Source of the DNA: Clostridiaceae bacterium
Lineage (GTDB): Bacteria > Bacillota > Clostridia > Saccharofermentanales > DTU023
Assembly: GCA_012838135.1 (NCBI GenBank)
Contig: DUPV01000060.1
Location: 22,498 to 86,497, forward strand
Direction of reading: 5' to 3'
DNA length: 64,000 nucleotides
In this document: positions 17,301-26,168 of the stretch, piece by piece
Layout of the letters: the number at the start of each line of letters is the position of its first letter
Numbering within the stretch: the stretch's first letter is position 1
Translations under genes and position numbers: made by a program
The notes under the pieces: model-generated
Seen by the model: only the letters and a program-made list of their open reading frames with translations
Databases searched by the model: none
Told to the model about the DNA's origin: nothing

Positions 17301-17974
17301 GTGAAGTTACTATATGCCGAGGATGAATTGGCTCTATCCGAAGCAGTCGTAGATTATCTTACATATCATAAATATATCGTTGATGCCGTATATGACGGTG
17401 CTGATGCTTACGATTATGCCATATCCGGTGAATATGACGGCATCATTCTTGATATCATGATGCCAAAGTGTGATGGCTTGGAAGTTCTTTCTGCGCTTCG
17501 CAAAAATGGATGTAAAACACCTATACTTTTGTTAACTGCAAAAACACAGATAGAGGATCGGATTCGCGGTCTGGATATAGGTGCAGATGATTATCTGCCC
17601 AAGCCCTTTGACATGGGCGAGTTGATTGCAAGAATCCGCGCCATGCTGAGACGACGAGAAGAATTTCACCCTGATTTGATATGCTTTGGTGACTTAACGT
17701 TAAATATGAGTCCGGGGAAATATGTGTGAAAGATATTTCTTTTCAGTTGCCAAAGCAAGAATATCGTCTTATGGAGCAATTAATGCTGAATCATACGATG
17801 TATCTTTCCACGGAGGATTTACTTGTAAAAGCATGGGGTTATAACGCGGAAACAGATGTAAACAGCGTATGGTTATATATCTCATATTTACGGAAACGTC
17901 TTTCGGCAATTAACTCTAAGGTGAAGATTATCTCAAAACGGAATATTGGATATAAATTAGAGTTAAAGTCATGA
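17301..17974 (+). pseudogene. OmpR-family response regulator split by a frameshift
   Basis: The receiver domain (17301-17729) and winged-helix domain (17726-17974) lie in different frames. Adding one G to GGGG at 17714-17 restores ..NMSPGEICVKDISFQLPKQEY... The true start is probably GTG at 17301. Confidence 0.75.
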
Positions 17975-19191
17975 CGAAGACATTAAAAAAACGATTTATT
18001 ATATTCACAATGACGGCAGTTACTTGTCTTTTGGTATTTATTGTATTTGCTGTCAACGGACTTAATTGGATGATGCTGGAACGTCAATCCGATATGGTAA
18101 TGAAAATCCTTGTGGACTCTGATGGTGTCTTTAATAAGATGGATTTTAATCGTCCGCCGCCTTTCTCAAGACCGCTTGATATGGATAGAATGCGTTCTTC
18201 AAGATTCTTTATTGTTCTAAGTGATACAAACGGCAACATCATAGATGTAGATATTACTCAAATATCCTCGATAGATTACAAGACTGCAAAAAGCTATGCT
18301 TTGGCAGTATTAAAATCAGACAAAGAATCCGGACGGATGAACGGATATAAATTTGCCACAAAAAAGATGGGGCCGAATCAGCTTACATTTTTCATGGATA
18401 TGTCAGGGCAGAGCGAAAGCTTCTATAGAGTCTTGTTTGCTTCGGGTGCGATAGTGGCACTTTGCTGGCTTGTTCTCCTGATTATTGTTATTCTGCTTTC
18501 GGGCAAAGTTATTCATCCCGTTCTTATGGGCATGGAAAAGCAAAAGCAGTTTATAACCAACGCCGGCCATGAGATGAAAACGCCGCTTGCAATTATTCAA
18601 TCAAATAACGATACGATGGCACTCATTCACGGAGAGAACAAGTATAATGTCAATATTCGTACACAGACAAAAAGGCTTAACGTATTGATGTCGAACCTGC
18701 TGACACTCGCCAGGCTTGATGAGGAAATTCCTTTACAGGCGGAGCCGGTAAATGTAAGCGAAGTTACAACGAAAGTGCTTTCTGTCTATCAAGAGTATGC
18801 CGGGCTTCGCAATCTTCATTTTGATGTTAAGATTGAGCCTGATATTATTATATCGGTTAACAAAGACGGTTTTCGTCAGATTGTGACAATCCTTATGGAT
18901 AATGCTCTAAAGTACACCCCTGACAATGGATATATTAATTTGTCATTGGTTAGAAACGGCAGACATATTCAAATTATCGAAGAAAATACCTGTGACGTAT
19001 CTCTTGAGGCAGATCCGGAGAGACTGTTTGAAAGATTTTATCGTGGAGATGCCGCACGGACACAGAGTAAAGAATTCTCCGGTTACGGAATTGGTCTTTC
19101 CGCTGCCCGTGCAATTTGTGAGAATTTCGGCGGAAAGCTGACAGCGGAATACTCATCTTCAGAAAGTATCCGTTTTATTGCCCGATTTTGA
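17971..19191 (+). CDS. Sensor histidine kinase
   Basis: Two TM helices, H-box AGHEMKTPLA, and G-box GYGIGLS. Start/stop overlap with the regulator gene (ATGA). Confidence 0.85.
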   Translation: MTKTLKKRFIIFTMTAVTCLLVFIVFAVNGLNWMMLERQSDMVMKILVDSDGVFNKMDFNRPPPFSRPLDMDRMRSSRFFIVLSDTNGNIIDVDITQISSIDYKTAKSYALAVLKSDKESGRMNGYKFATKKMGPNQLTFFMDMSGQSESFYRVLFASGAIVALCWLVLLIIVILLSGKVIHPVLMGMEKQKQFITNAGHEMKTPLAIIQSNNDTMALIHGENKYNVNIRTQTKRLNVLMSNLLTLARLDEEIPLQAEPVNVSEVTTKVLSVYQEYAGLRNLHFDVKIEPDIIISVNKDGFRQIVTILMDNALKYTPDNGYINLSLVRNGRHIQIIEENTCDVSLEADPERLFERFYRGDAARTQSKEFSGYGIGLSAARAICENFGGKLTAEYSSSESIRFIARF

Positions 19192-19312
19192 AAATACAAC
19201 AAATTCGATATGCGTTCACAAACTTTCTTGTATTTGTTTACAAACAGTTTTTTTCTTATGTACATCATAGGTTCGTTTTTTATAATGCCAGTATGGAAAG
19301 GGGGAGTACCTT

Positions 19313-19984
19313 ATGCAATTCAGACATGAAGTTAAACATGAAATCAGTAATCACGATATGCTTATTCTGCGTCAGAGACTGCGGGCTGTAATGAAACCGG
19401 ACAGTCATGCCGTAAATGGAAAATATGAAATACGAAGTCTGTATTTTGACAATCTTGATGATAAAGCTCTTCGGGAGAAACTGGATGGTGTAAGCATTCG
19501 TGAAAAATATCGAATTCGTCTGTATAACAACGATAAATCCCAAATATGTTTGGAGAGAAAATATAAGTGCGGCGGACTCGGCTATAAAACCTCGGTCAAC
19601 CTTACGCCTAAGCAAGCTCAAGCGGTTGCAGACGGTGATATAGGTTGGATGGCTGCAAGCACCGATGAAGTTATTATAAACTTTTATATGTGTGCACGAA
19701 ACGAAGGACTGAGGGCCAAGGTAATTGTGGATTATACCCGTGAGCCGTTTGTATTTGCTTCCGGCAATACAAGAGTAACGATGGATTATAACATCCGCAC
19801 CGGTATGGGCTGCACGGATTTTCTGAATCCCGCTTGTGTAACAGTTCCGATTGAAGGTGCGCCTTGCATCCTCGAATTGAAGTGGGATGACTATCTTCCC
19901 GATGTAATCAGGGGTGCGATACAGCTTGAAGGCAGACACAGTGCGGCATTTTCAAAGTATGCCGCTTGTCGGATGTATGACTGA
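19313..19984 (+). CDS. VTC-domain (polyphosphate polymerase catalytic-type) protein
   Basis: FRHEVKHEI..GKYEIRSLYFDN..REKYRIRLYN..LERKYK matches the bacterial VTC-domain family. Confidence 0.75.
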   Translation: MQFRHEVKHEISNHDMLILRQRLRAVMKPDSHAVNGKYEIRSLYFDNLDDKALREKLDGVSIREKYRIRLYNNDKSQICLERKYKCGGLGYKTSVNLTPKQAQAVADGDIGWMAASTDEVIINFYMCARNEGLRAKVIVDYTREPFVFASGNTRVTMDYNIRTGMGCTDFLNPACVTVPIEGAPCILELKWDDYLPDVIRGAIQLEGRHSAAFSKYAACRMYD

Positions 19985-20024
19985 TGAATCATTTAATAAT
20001 AAACACAAAGGAGTAATATAAATC

Positions 20025-20696
20025 ATGACTTTTAACGATATTTTCAAATCAAGCTTTCTGGAAAATGTATCTTCTATCAGCATTCTTGATATGCTGCTCA
20101 CCATCGTGCTGTCTTTCGGAATAGGTCTGTTTATCTTTCTCATATATAAGAAAACCTACCGTGGTGTTATGTATTCCACAGGCTTTGGCACAACACTAAT
20201 CGCCCTTACAATGATAACTTCCATCGTTATCCTTGCCGTAACTTCTGATGTTGTCTTGTCTCTCGGTATGGTCGGTGCGCTTTCCATCGTCCGCTTTCGT
20301 ACAGCAATTAAAGATCCTTTGGATATTGCGTTTTTGTTTTGGGCTATCGGTGCAGGTATTATCCTTGCGGCAGGCATGATTCCGCTGGCAATAATAGGCA
20401 GCGTATGTATCGGTCTGATTTTGTTGGTATTTATCAATCAAAGATCCCATACACATCCCTACATGGTTGTACTGAACTGTATAAATCATGATGCGGAATT
20501 GAAAGCCAAGGAATTTCTTGTAAAGAATGTAACCCGCACCACGGTAAAAAGTAAATCCGCTGTAAAGGGTGCGGTTGAAATGAACATTGAAGTTCGTCTC
20601 AAGGAGGATGACACAGATTTTATCAATATCCTCTCCGAAATGCCCGGTGTGAACAGCGCAGTTATAGTCTCCTATAATGGCGATTACATGGGGTAA
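20025..20696 (+). CDS. DUF4956 membrane protein
   Basis: Four to five TM helices. SLGMVGALSIVRFRTAIKDPLDIAFLFWAIGAGI is the DUF4956 signature. Confidence 0.75.
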   Translation: MTFNDIFKSSFLENVSSISILDMLLTIVLSFGIGLFIFLIYKKTYRGVMYSTGFGTTLIALTMITSIVILAVTSDVVLSLGMVGALSIVRFRTAIKDPLDIAFLFWAIGAGIILAAGMIPLAIIGSVCIGLILLVFINQRSHTHPYMVVLNCINHDAELKAKEFLVKNVTRTTVKSKSAVKGAVEMNIEVRLKEDDTDFINILSEMPGVNSAVIVSYNGDYMG

Positions 20697-22678
20697 GTCG
20701 ATGGCAGGAAGTAAACATTTTGATAAAATTGCATGGATAGTCACAGCCTTGATGTTGATCATCACCGTTCTGTTTATGTATGGCGGCGCTTTTGGCCTTG
20801 AAGTTATGGCGCGTACTATTGGATACGAAAATCGTCTGTTCGACAATACAAGGGTACATACCATTGATATTGTCATGAACAATTGGGACGAATTTATTGC
20901 AGATGCCACAAGTGAAGAATACTATCCTGCCGCTGTAGTGATTGACGGTGAAACTTATAGAAATATCGGTATACGGGGCAAGGGCAATACATCTCTTTCA
21001 ACGGTTTCTTCCATGAACAGCGACCGCTACAGTTTCAAGGTGGAGTTTGACCACTACGACAGCTCAATCACATATTATGGCCTTGATAAATTGAATTTGA
21101 ATAATTTAATTCAGGATTCCACAATGATAAAAGACTATCTTACCTACACCATGATGAAAGAGTTCGGTGCGGTGACTCCTCTATGTAGTTTCGTATACAT
21201 CACGGTCAACGGTGAGGACTGGGGATTATATCTAGCGGTAGAAGGTGTGGAAGACAGTTTTCTTGAAAGAAATTACGGTTCAAATTACGGTAAGCTGTAT
21301 AAGCCGGACAGCATGAGTTTTGGGGGCGGTCGTGGTCATGGTAAAGATTTCAATATGGAAGATTTTATGAATCGTGATAACCCGGATGAAAACACCGATA
21401 AATCTACTCAAGTCATGACCGTGCCGGAAATGCCGGATATGACTCAGACTGAATCTGATTTCAGAAAAAGAGATGATTTACCCCTTAGCGGTAGCAGGGG
21501 CGGATTCGGCAGCAGGGGGAGCTTCCGATGTGAAGTTACAGTATATAGATGACGATGCTGATAGTTATTCGAACATCTGGGAAAGTGCCAAAACCGATAT
21601 TACTACAGCCGACCGGATACGGCTCATTGAATCTTTGAAAAATCTGTCAAACGGCGAACAGATTGAATCGGTGGTAGATATTGAGCAAGTTATTCGTTAT
21701 TTTGTGGTACATAACTATGTTTGCAACGGAGACAGCTACACCGGGACTATGATTCATAATTACTATCTGTATGAAGAAAACGGGCAGATGGTGATGATTC
21801 CATGGGATTACAATCTGGCATTCGGTACTTTCCAAGGAGGAAATGCGCAGAGTACAATCAATACACCCATTGACTCCCCTATATCCGGCGGCTCTTCCAC
21901 TGACCGTCCGATGTGGAACTGGATTGTAGCAAATAAAGAATATACCGAACTGTACCATCAGTATTTTGAGGAGTTTTTTGATACAGTGGATATTGACGGA
22001 ATTATCAACAACACCTATAGTCTGATAAAATCTTATGTAGAAAAGGATCCGACATCATTCTATTCTTACGAGGAATTTAAAACAGGTATTAATACAATGC
22101 GGCAGTTTTGTACACTGCGTTCTGAATGCATATCCATGCAGCTTGAAAACAATGAAACTAAAAGCAATATGAGCTATGTGGACGGTTCCGAGCTTACATT
22201 GTCCGATATGGGTTCTATGGAGATGGGTGGTAGATTCGGTAGAAGCGGCATGCCGGATATGGGTGAAAATCAAGGTAGCTTAGGTGGGGAGATCCCAGAA
22301 GGCTTCAATCCTCCGCAGATGCCTGATGACTTTGGTGGTAACATCCCGGAAGGTTTCGATCCTTCGCAGATACCCGACGGCGAAATACCAAAAGGTTTTG
22401 ATCCTTCACAAATGCCCGGAGGATTTAACGGTAGATTCCCGGAGCAGTCGTTTGATGGAGCAGAAATAACACCTTCAGAAAATGAAAACCGAACAGATAT
22501 AAAGGGGAACGGCAACCGTTCTTCCCGCGACAATATGCAAATGCCCGGAGGCGATTTTAATTTCAATATAAACGGTATGGACAATCCTGATTCGAGTAGC
22601 ACAAACTTGATACCGCTCGTCGTATCCGTACTGATTCTTTGCGCGGGTTTAATCATTGCAAAAGCATATAAGTATTAA
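20677..22678 (+). pseudogene. CotH-family kinase-like protein, frameshifted
   Basis: The CotH core (RYSFKVEFD.., GLDKLNLNN, GKLYKPD) is in ORF 20677-21552 and continues (DVKLQYIDDDADSY..) in ORF 21473-22678. Removing one G from GGGGG at 21515-19 fuses them. N-terminal anchor and C-terminal TM helix are present. Confidence 0.75.
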
Positions 22679-22689
22679 CGAGAAATAGG

Positions 22690-22740
22690 AAAATCGCTGT
22701 AGTTTTTATCTTCATGTAGGACAGAAGTTACAGCGATTTT
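22690..22740. terminator. Hairpin between convergent genes (putative bidirectional terminator)
   Basis: aaaatcgctgta / tacagcgatttt forms a perfect 12 bp stem with a 27 nt loop. A/T runs flank both sides. Confidence 0.5.
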
Positions 22741-22745
22741 GTATT

Positions 22746-23339
22746 TTAAGAACAAGGGTGTAAAAGTTGATTTTGGTTACCTAAGAGGAAATAACCAGAA
22801 ATTAATATTAACCCCAAAATAGGAATCACAAGAGCGAAAATATTCTTAAAGCCATTTTGAAGAAAAATAAAACCGAACAAGGCGTTTTCGGATCCTATAA
22901 AAATCTCGGGAACAAAACCGTGCGAGGCGGCTCTCTGGGAAAAAAGGGAAATTTCTATTTCTTTTCCCTTACACTCCGCTTCGGTCTTTATAAACGCCCA
23001 AAAGTCACCGAAATCTTTTCCTGAAAATTTACTGCTGTCATTGCCTATGTCATAAACCGTTTCTCCGTCAATTTTTACAAGAACGGACTGTGCATTGGAT
23101 TTCATAGCTATAACTGAACCGTCCGGCATATTGCCGGGAAGAGTGTTTTTTATCACTAAAGGTTCGGTTTCTTCCATATTAAAATGGTAAGGCAAACTAA
23201 ATTTTTCCTTATATCCGTCGCCTTTCCAAGTCCAACCGTCTGAAAAAGCGATCACGTTTTTATCAATAAGATAGATATCCGGCATATCTATCTTATTCGG
23301 ATAAATCAATATGGAAGAAAATAAAACGGCTAATAGCAC
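22746..23339 (-). CDS. Probable 5' fragment of a membrane sensor: TM helix, ~150 aa extracytoplasmic domain, one TM helix
   Basis: 197 aa. The architecture resembles the N-terminus of 7TMR-DISM-type sensors but stops right after the first distal TM helix. No output domain. Confidence 0.4.
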   Translation of the reverse strand: MLLAVLFSSILIYPNKIDMPDIYLIDKNVIAFSDGWTWKGDGYKEKFSLPYHFNMEETEPLVIKNTLPGNMPDGSVIAMKSNAQSVLVKIDGETVYDIGNDSSKFSGKDFGDFWAFIKTEAECKGKEIEISLFSQRAASHGFVPEIFIGSENALFGFIFLQNGFKNIFALVIPILGLILISGYFLLGNQNQLLHPCS

Positions 23340-23387
23340 AAAGAAAACAATCTCATTAATTTTTTTAAACCTTACTTACCCCAAAGT

Positions 23388-24290
23388 TTAAATTAATGCA
23401 GTACTGAAATATCTTTCCACCCTGTCCGGCAGAATAGTGACGATGTTTGTATCTTGACCATATTTTTGCGAGATCTGAATAGATGCCCAGACATTGGCGC
23501 CGGCCGAAGTGCCAACCAAAAGACCTTGCCCGCTGGCCAATGCTCTTGTAGTATTAAAAGCATCTTCATCCGTCACCTCAATAACTTCGCTAATCAGGCT
23601 GACATCAAGCACGCTGGGGATGAAACCATCGCCAATACCCTGAATCTTATGAAATCCCGGTTCGTGTCCTAATAGCGCAGAAACATTTTTCGGCTCCACG
23701 GCGATGATCCTGGCCTGTGGATTCTTTTCTTTAATAAAGCGGCCAACTCCCGTCAATGTTCCACCGCTCCCCAGCCCGGAAACAAAGACATCTACTTTGC
23801 CATCCATTTGTTCCCATATTTCCGCCGCCGTGGTTAAGTAGTGGATATAAGGATTATGCATATTTTCAAACTGTTGCGGAACAAAAATATTCACATCAGC
23901 AGCTTGTTGCCGTTCTACCTCCGCGACTGCTCCACCAATGTTTTCCTCGGCATCAGTCAGGATCAGCTCGGCACCCAGAGCGCGGATGATCTTTTTTCTT
24001 TCCTCACTCATATTTTCCGGCATGACTATTACCACCCGGTAGCCCTTTTGCACACCGACTAATGCCAGACCAATTCCGGTATTGCCCGAGGTGGGCTCCA
24101 TTATCGTCATGCCGGGCTTTAATTTCCCTTCAGCTTCAGCCTGCTCAATCATATATTTAGCCACCCGGTCTTTGATGCTGCCGCCGGGATTCAAGTACTC
24201 AGCCTTTGCAAATATATTTAGTCCTGTGGCCTTTTTTAGGTTAATAATCGGTGTATTGCCGATAATATCAAGAATGCTTTCAGTAATCAT
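23388..24290 (-). CDS. cysK: Cysteine synthase A (O-acetylserine sulfhydrylase)
   Basis: PLP lysine motif GGSIKDR, plus SGNTGIGLA and GSGGTLTG. Confidence 0.9.
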   Translation of the reverse strand: MITESILDIIGNTPIINLKKATGLNIFAKAEYLNPGGSIKDRVAKYMIEQAEAEGKLKPGMTIMEPTSGNTGIGLALVGVQKGYRVVIVMPENMSEERKKIIRALGAELILTDAEENIGGAVAEVERQQAADVNIFVPQQFENMHNPYIHYLTTAAEIWEQMDGKVDVFVSGLGSGGTLTGVGRFIKEKNPQARIIAVEPKNVSALLGHEPGFHKIQGIGDGFIPSVLDVSLISEVIEVTDEDAFNTTRALASGQGLLVGTSAGANVWASIQISQKYGQDTNIVTILPDRVERYFSTALI

Positions 24291-24395
24291 ATTTATCCAT
24301 CTTTCATATCAGTATTTTTTCTTGCATAACCTGGAATAACTTAGCAAACGAAAAATGCCATATTAATTCCTGGTAGTGTACTAATTTAATATATT

Positions 24396-24424
24396 AATTT
24401 AATAAGTTAAACTGTACAAGTCAA
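24396..24424 (-). promoter_or_regulatory. Sigma-A type promoter candidate for cysK
   Basis: On the minus strand: TTGACT, 17 nt spacer, TAAATT. Confidence 0.45.
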
Positions 24425-24675
24425 AAGAATGCCGAGTTTGATCAAGTCGTTTCGGTTCATGAAGTCCTCCTGATTAAATAACCGCATTGCTACTGCGAAA
24501 GAAAATGTTATGCCAAAAGTAACTGATATCTTCTCACTGGAGGATTACAAAGAATCAAAGAGGTTGTTGGCTCTAAACGTGATAATAAAATTTATAGAAT
24601 TAAATATAGAGATATAGCGGACTATCTTTTGAACTGGTACGCAAAGTATAGGTGATATTGAAAGGGCTGAAGAAC

Positions 24676-25851
24676 TTAGTCACACTTATTGAGCGCATCT
24701 CTTCTATCGGGAAGTATTCCTTCACAAATCTTTCTATTCTTTTCTTCATACATAGAAACATCGATTCTCCTCAAAAAATTATCTATTGAGTCATGCTTGC
24801 TTTTGTATGTACTGTAACCGATTGAATAAGTTATCTTATAAGGTTTCTTTTCTGATTCATTGAACAATGTTGCTTGTGTTTTAATGATATCAATCATATC
24901 TGTAATTTCTTTCTGAGAGTTTACTTGCATTAATATGACAAACTCATCACCTCCACACCTAAATATTATCCCTTTATTATTCACAGCTGTGCGTAATATC
25001 TTTCCGGTTATAGAAATAGCATCATCACCTACAAGATGTCCAAATCTATCATTTATGCTTTTGAAGCCATCAATGTCTAACATGATTCCGGCAAGTATAT
25101 AAGGAGTATCTCCTTTTTCACTATACAGTAACAACATCTTATTAAAGTACTGTCTGTTGAATAATCCCGTCAGTACATCTATATACGCTGCTTCATTTTG
25201 AACACTAATGAATAGCGAAACTATCCCTACAGCCACTCCAAGCCACATGAGAGAGTATCCATAAAAGAAGAACTGCAACAGACTTCCGATTATAATGGGA
25301 GTTATAAATACAAGAGCAGGAAAAAACAAGTACTTATGAACCTTCTTACGATACAAATAAATTAATATAACCCCGTATGCAACATAAAAATACGTCACAG
25401 CATATGGAATTATATATAAATCTGCTCTTTGATAAACATTATATTCATCGATTAAAAAAAATACAGGTGTGACCAAGTTTATTAAGCAGCCAATTATTGT
25501 TAGCACGGCAGGTATAGCAACAAAAGAATATAGTCGCTTGATTCTTTTCATATTTGCAAACAATTTATAGTCCACATAAATTACCCATAAATAAGAAAAT
25601 ATAATACTGTTAATAAATAGAGTGGTATTCAGTACTAGCGTCAGCGTACGATATCCATCTTCCATTTTACCATCCATAAAAAAACCGGCTGATTCAAGAA
25701 AGCATTGCAGAATATTTAAAATAACCATTGCATAGAATATCTTTTCTTCAAACAATCCATGCCGTAGTGGACTTTTAAAATTCAATAAGATAACTGCTAA
25801 CAACAGAATTGCTGTTCCATTTGCAATATATATAGCCGGAAAATTAATCAT
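24676..25851 (-). CDS. Membrane-bound diguanylate cyclase (polytopic TM domain plus GGDEF)
   Basis: About 6-7 TM helices, then a GGDEF domain with an intact RCGGDEF. No RxxD I-site seen upstream. Confidence 0.85.
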   Translation of the reverse strand: MINFPAIYIANGTAILLLAVILLNFKSPLRHGLFEEKIFYAMVILNILQCFLESAGFFMDGKMEDGYRTLTLVLNTTLFINSIIFSYLWVIYVDYKLFANMKRIKRLYSFVAIPAVLTIIGCLINLVTPVFFLIDEYNVYQRADLYIIPYAVTYFYVAYGVILIYLYRKKVHKYLFFPALVFITPIIIGSLLQFFFYGYSLMWLGVAVGIVSLFISVQNEAAYIDVLTGLFNRQYFNKMLLLYSEKGDTPYILAGIMLDIDGFKSINDRFGHLVGDDAISITGKILRTAVNNKGIIFRCGGDEFVILMQVNSQKEITDMIDIIKTQATLFNESEKKPYKITYSIGYSTYKSKHDSIDNFLRRIDVSMYEEKNRKICEGILPDRRDALNKCD

Positions 25852-26168
25852 TTCTGAGATGTCCCTTCTTTCTCTACTATACTATAACTCAATAACCTAT
25901 TTCATGTTAATTTTATGTGAGTTAGACAGCGAAAAAATTGAGAACTATTTCCGCAACCACTAAGGCGGAAATCGTGTTTCCCTGTACGGTACTATCTCAT
26001 ATGATTTTTGCTTCGCGGGCTTTTTATTATTACGATAATCTGATAAAGCAAAGAGGACGCAAAGAGAATTCTTCCCGGTGCTGGAAGTTCCCATCAGTTA
26101 CCATGATTTGAACATCTGCAATGATGCGAAAGCTACCGGGAGAAGCAGCAGAGACAAACGACTATTTG

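Larger units (their letters stand above)
10949..22740. mobile_element. Putative degenerate genomic island adjacent to tRNA-Ser; right border uncertain, possibly as far as ~27.6 kb
   Basis: Starts immediately 3' of a tRNA. Contains a Fic gene, a serine-recombinase C-terminal scar, several pseudogenes and accessory modules. GC looks higher than the flanks by eye. No att repeat of the tRNA 3' end was found. Confidence 0.35.

Noticed and set aside
19280-19939. 219 aa ORF on the minus strand
   Set aside because: It lies entirely antisense to the VTC-domain gene, whose product carries clear family motifs. The antisense translation has no motif and no SD.
20196-20909. 237 aa ORF on the minus strand
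   Set aside because: It is antisense to the DUF4956 gene and the cotH 5' end. The translation is Cys/His/Arg-rich and noise-like, so it is probably a frame artefact of the coding strand.
24291-24395. T-box or S-box leader upstream of cysK
   Set aside because: The leader is ~100 nt with no specifier/T-box (GGUGG-type) or SAM-aptamer features, so it is too short.
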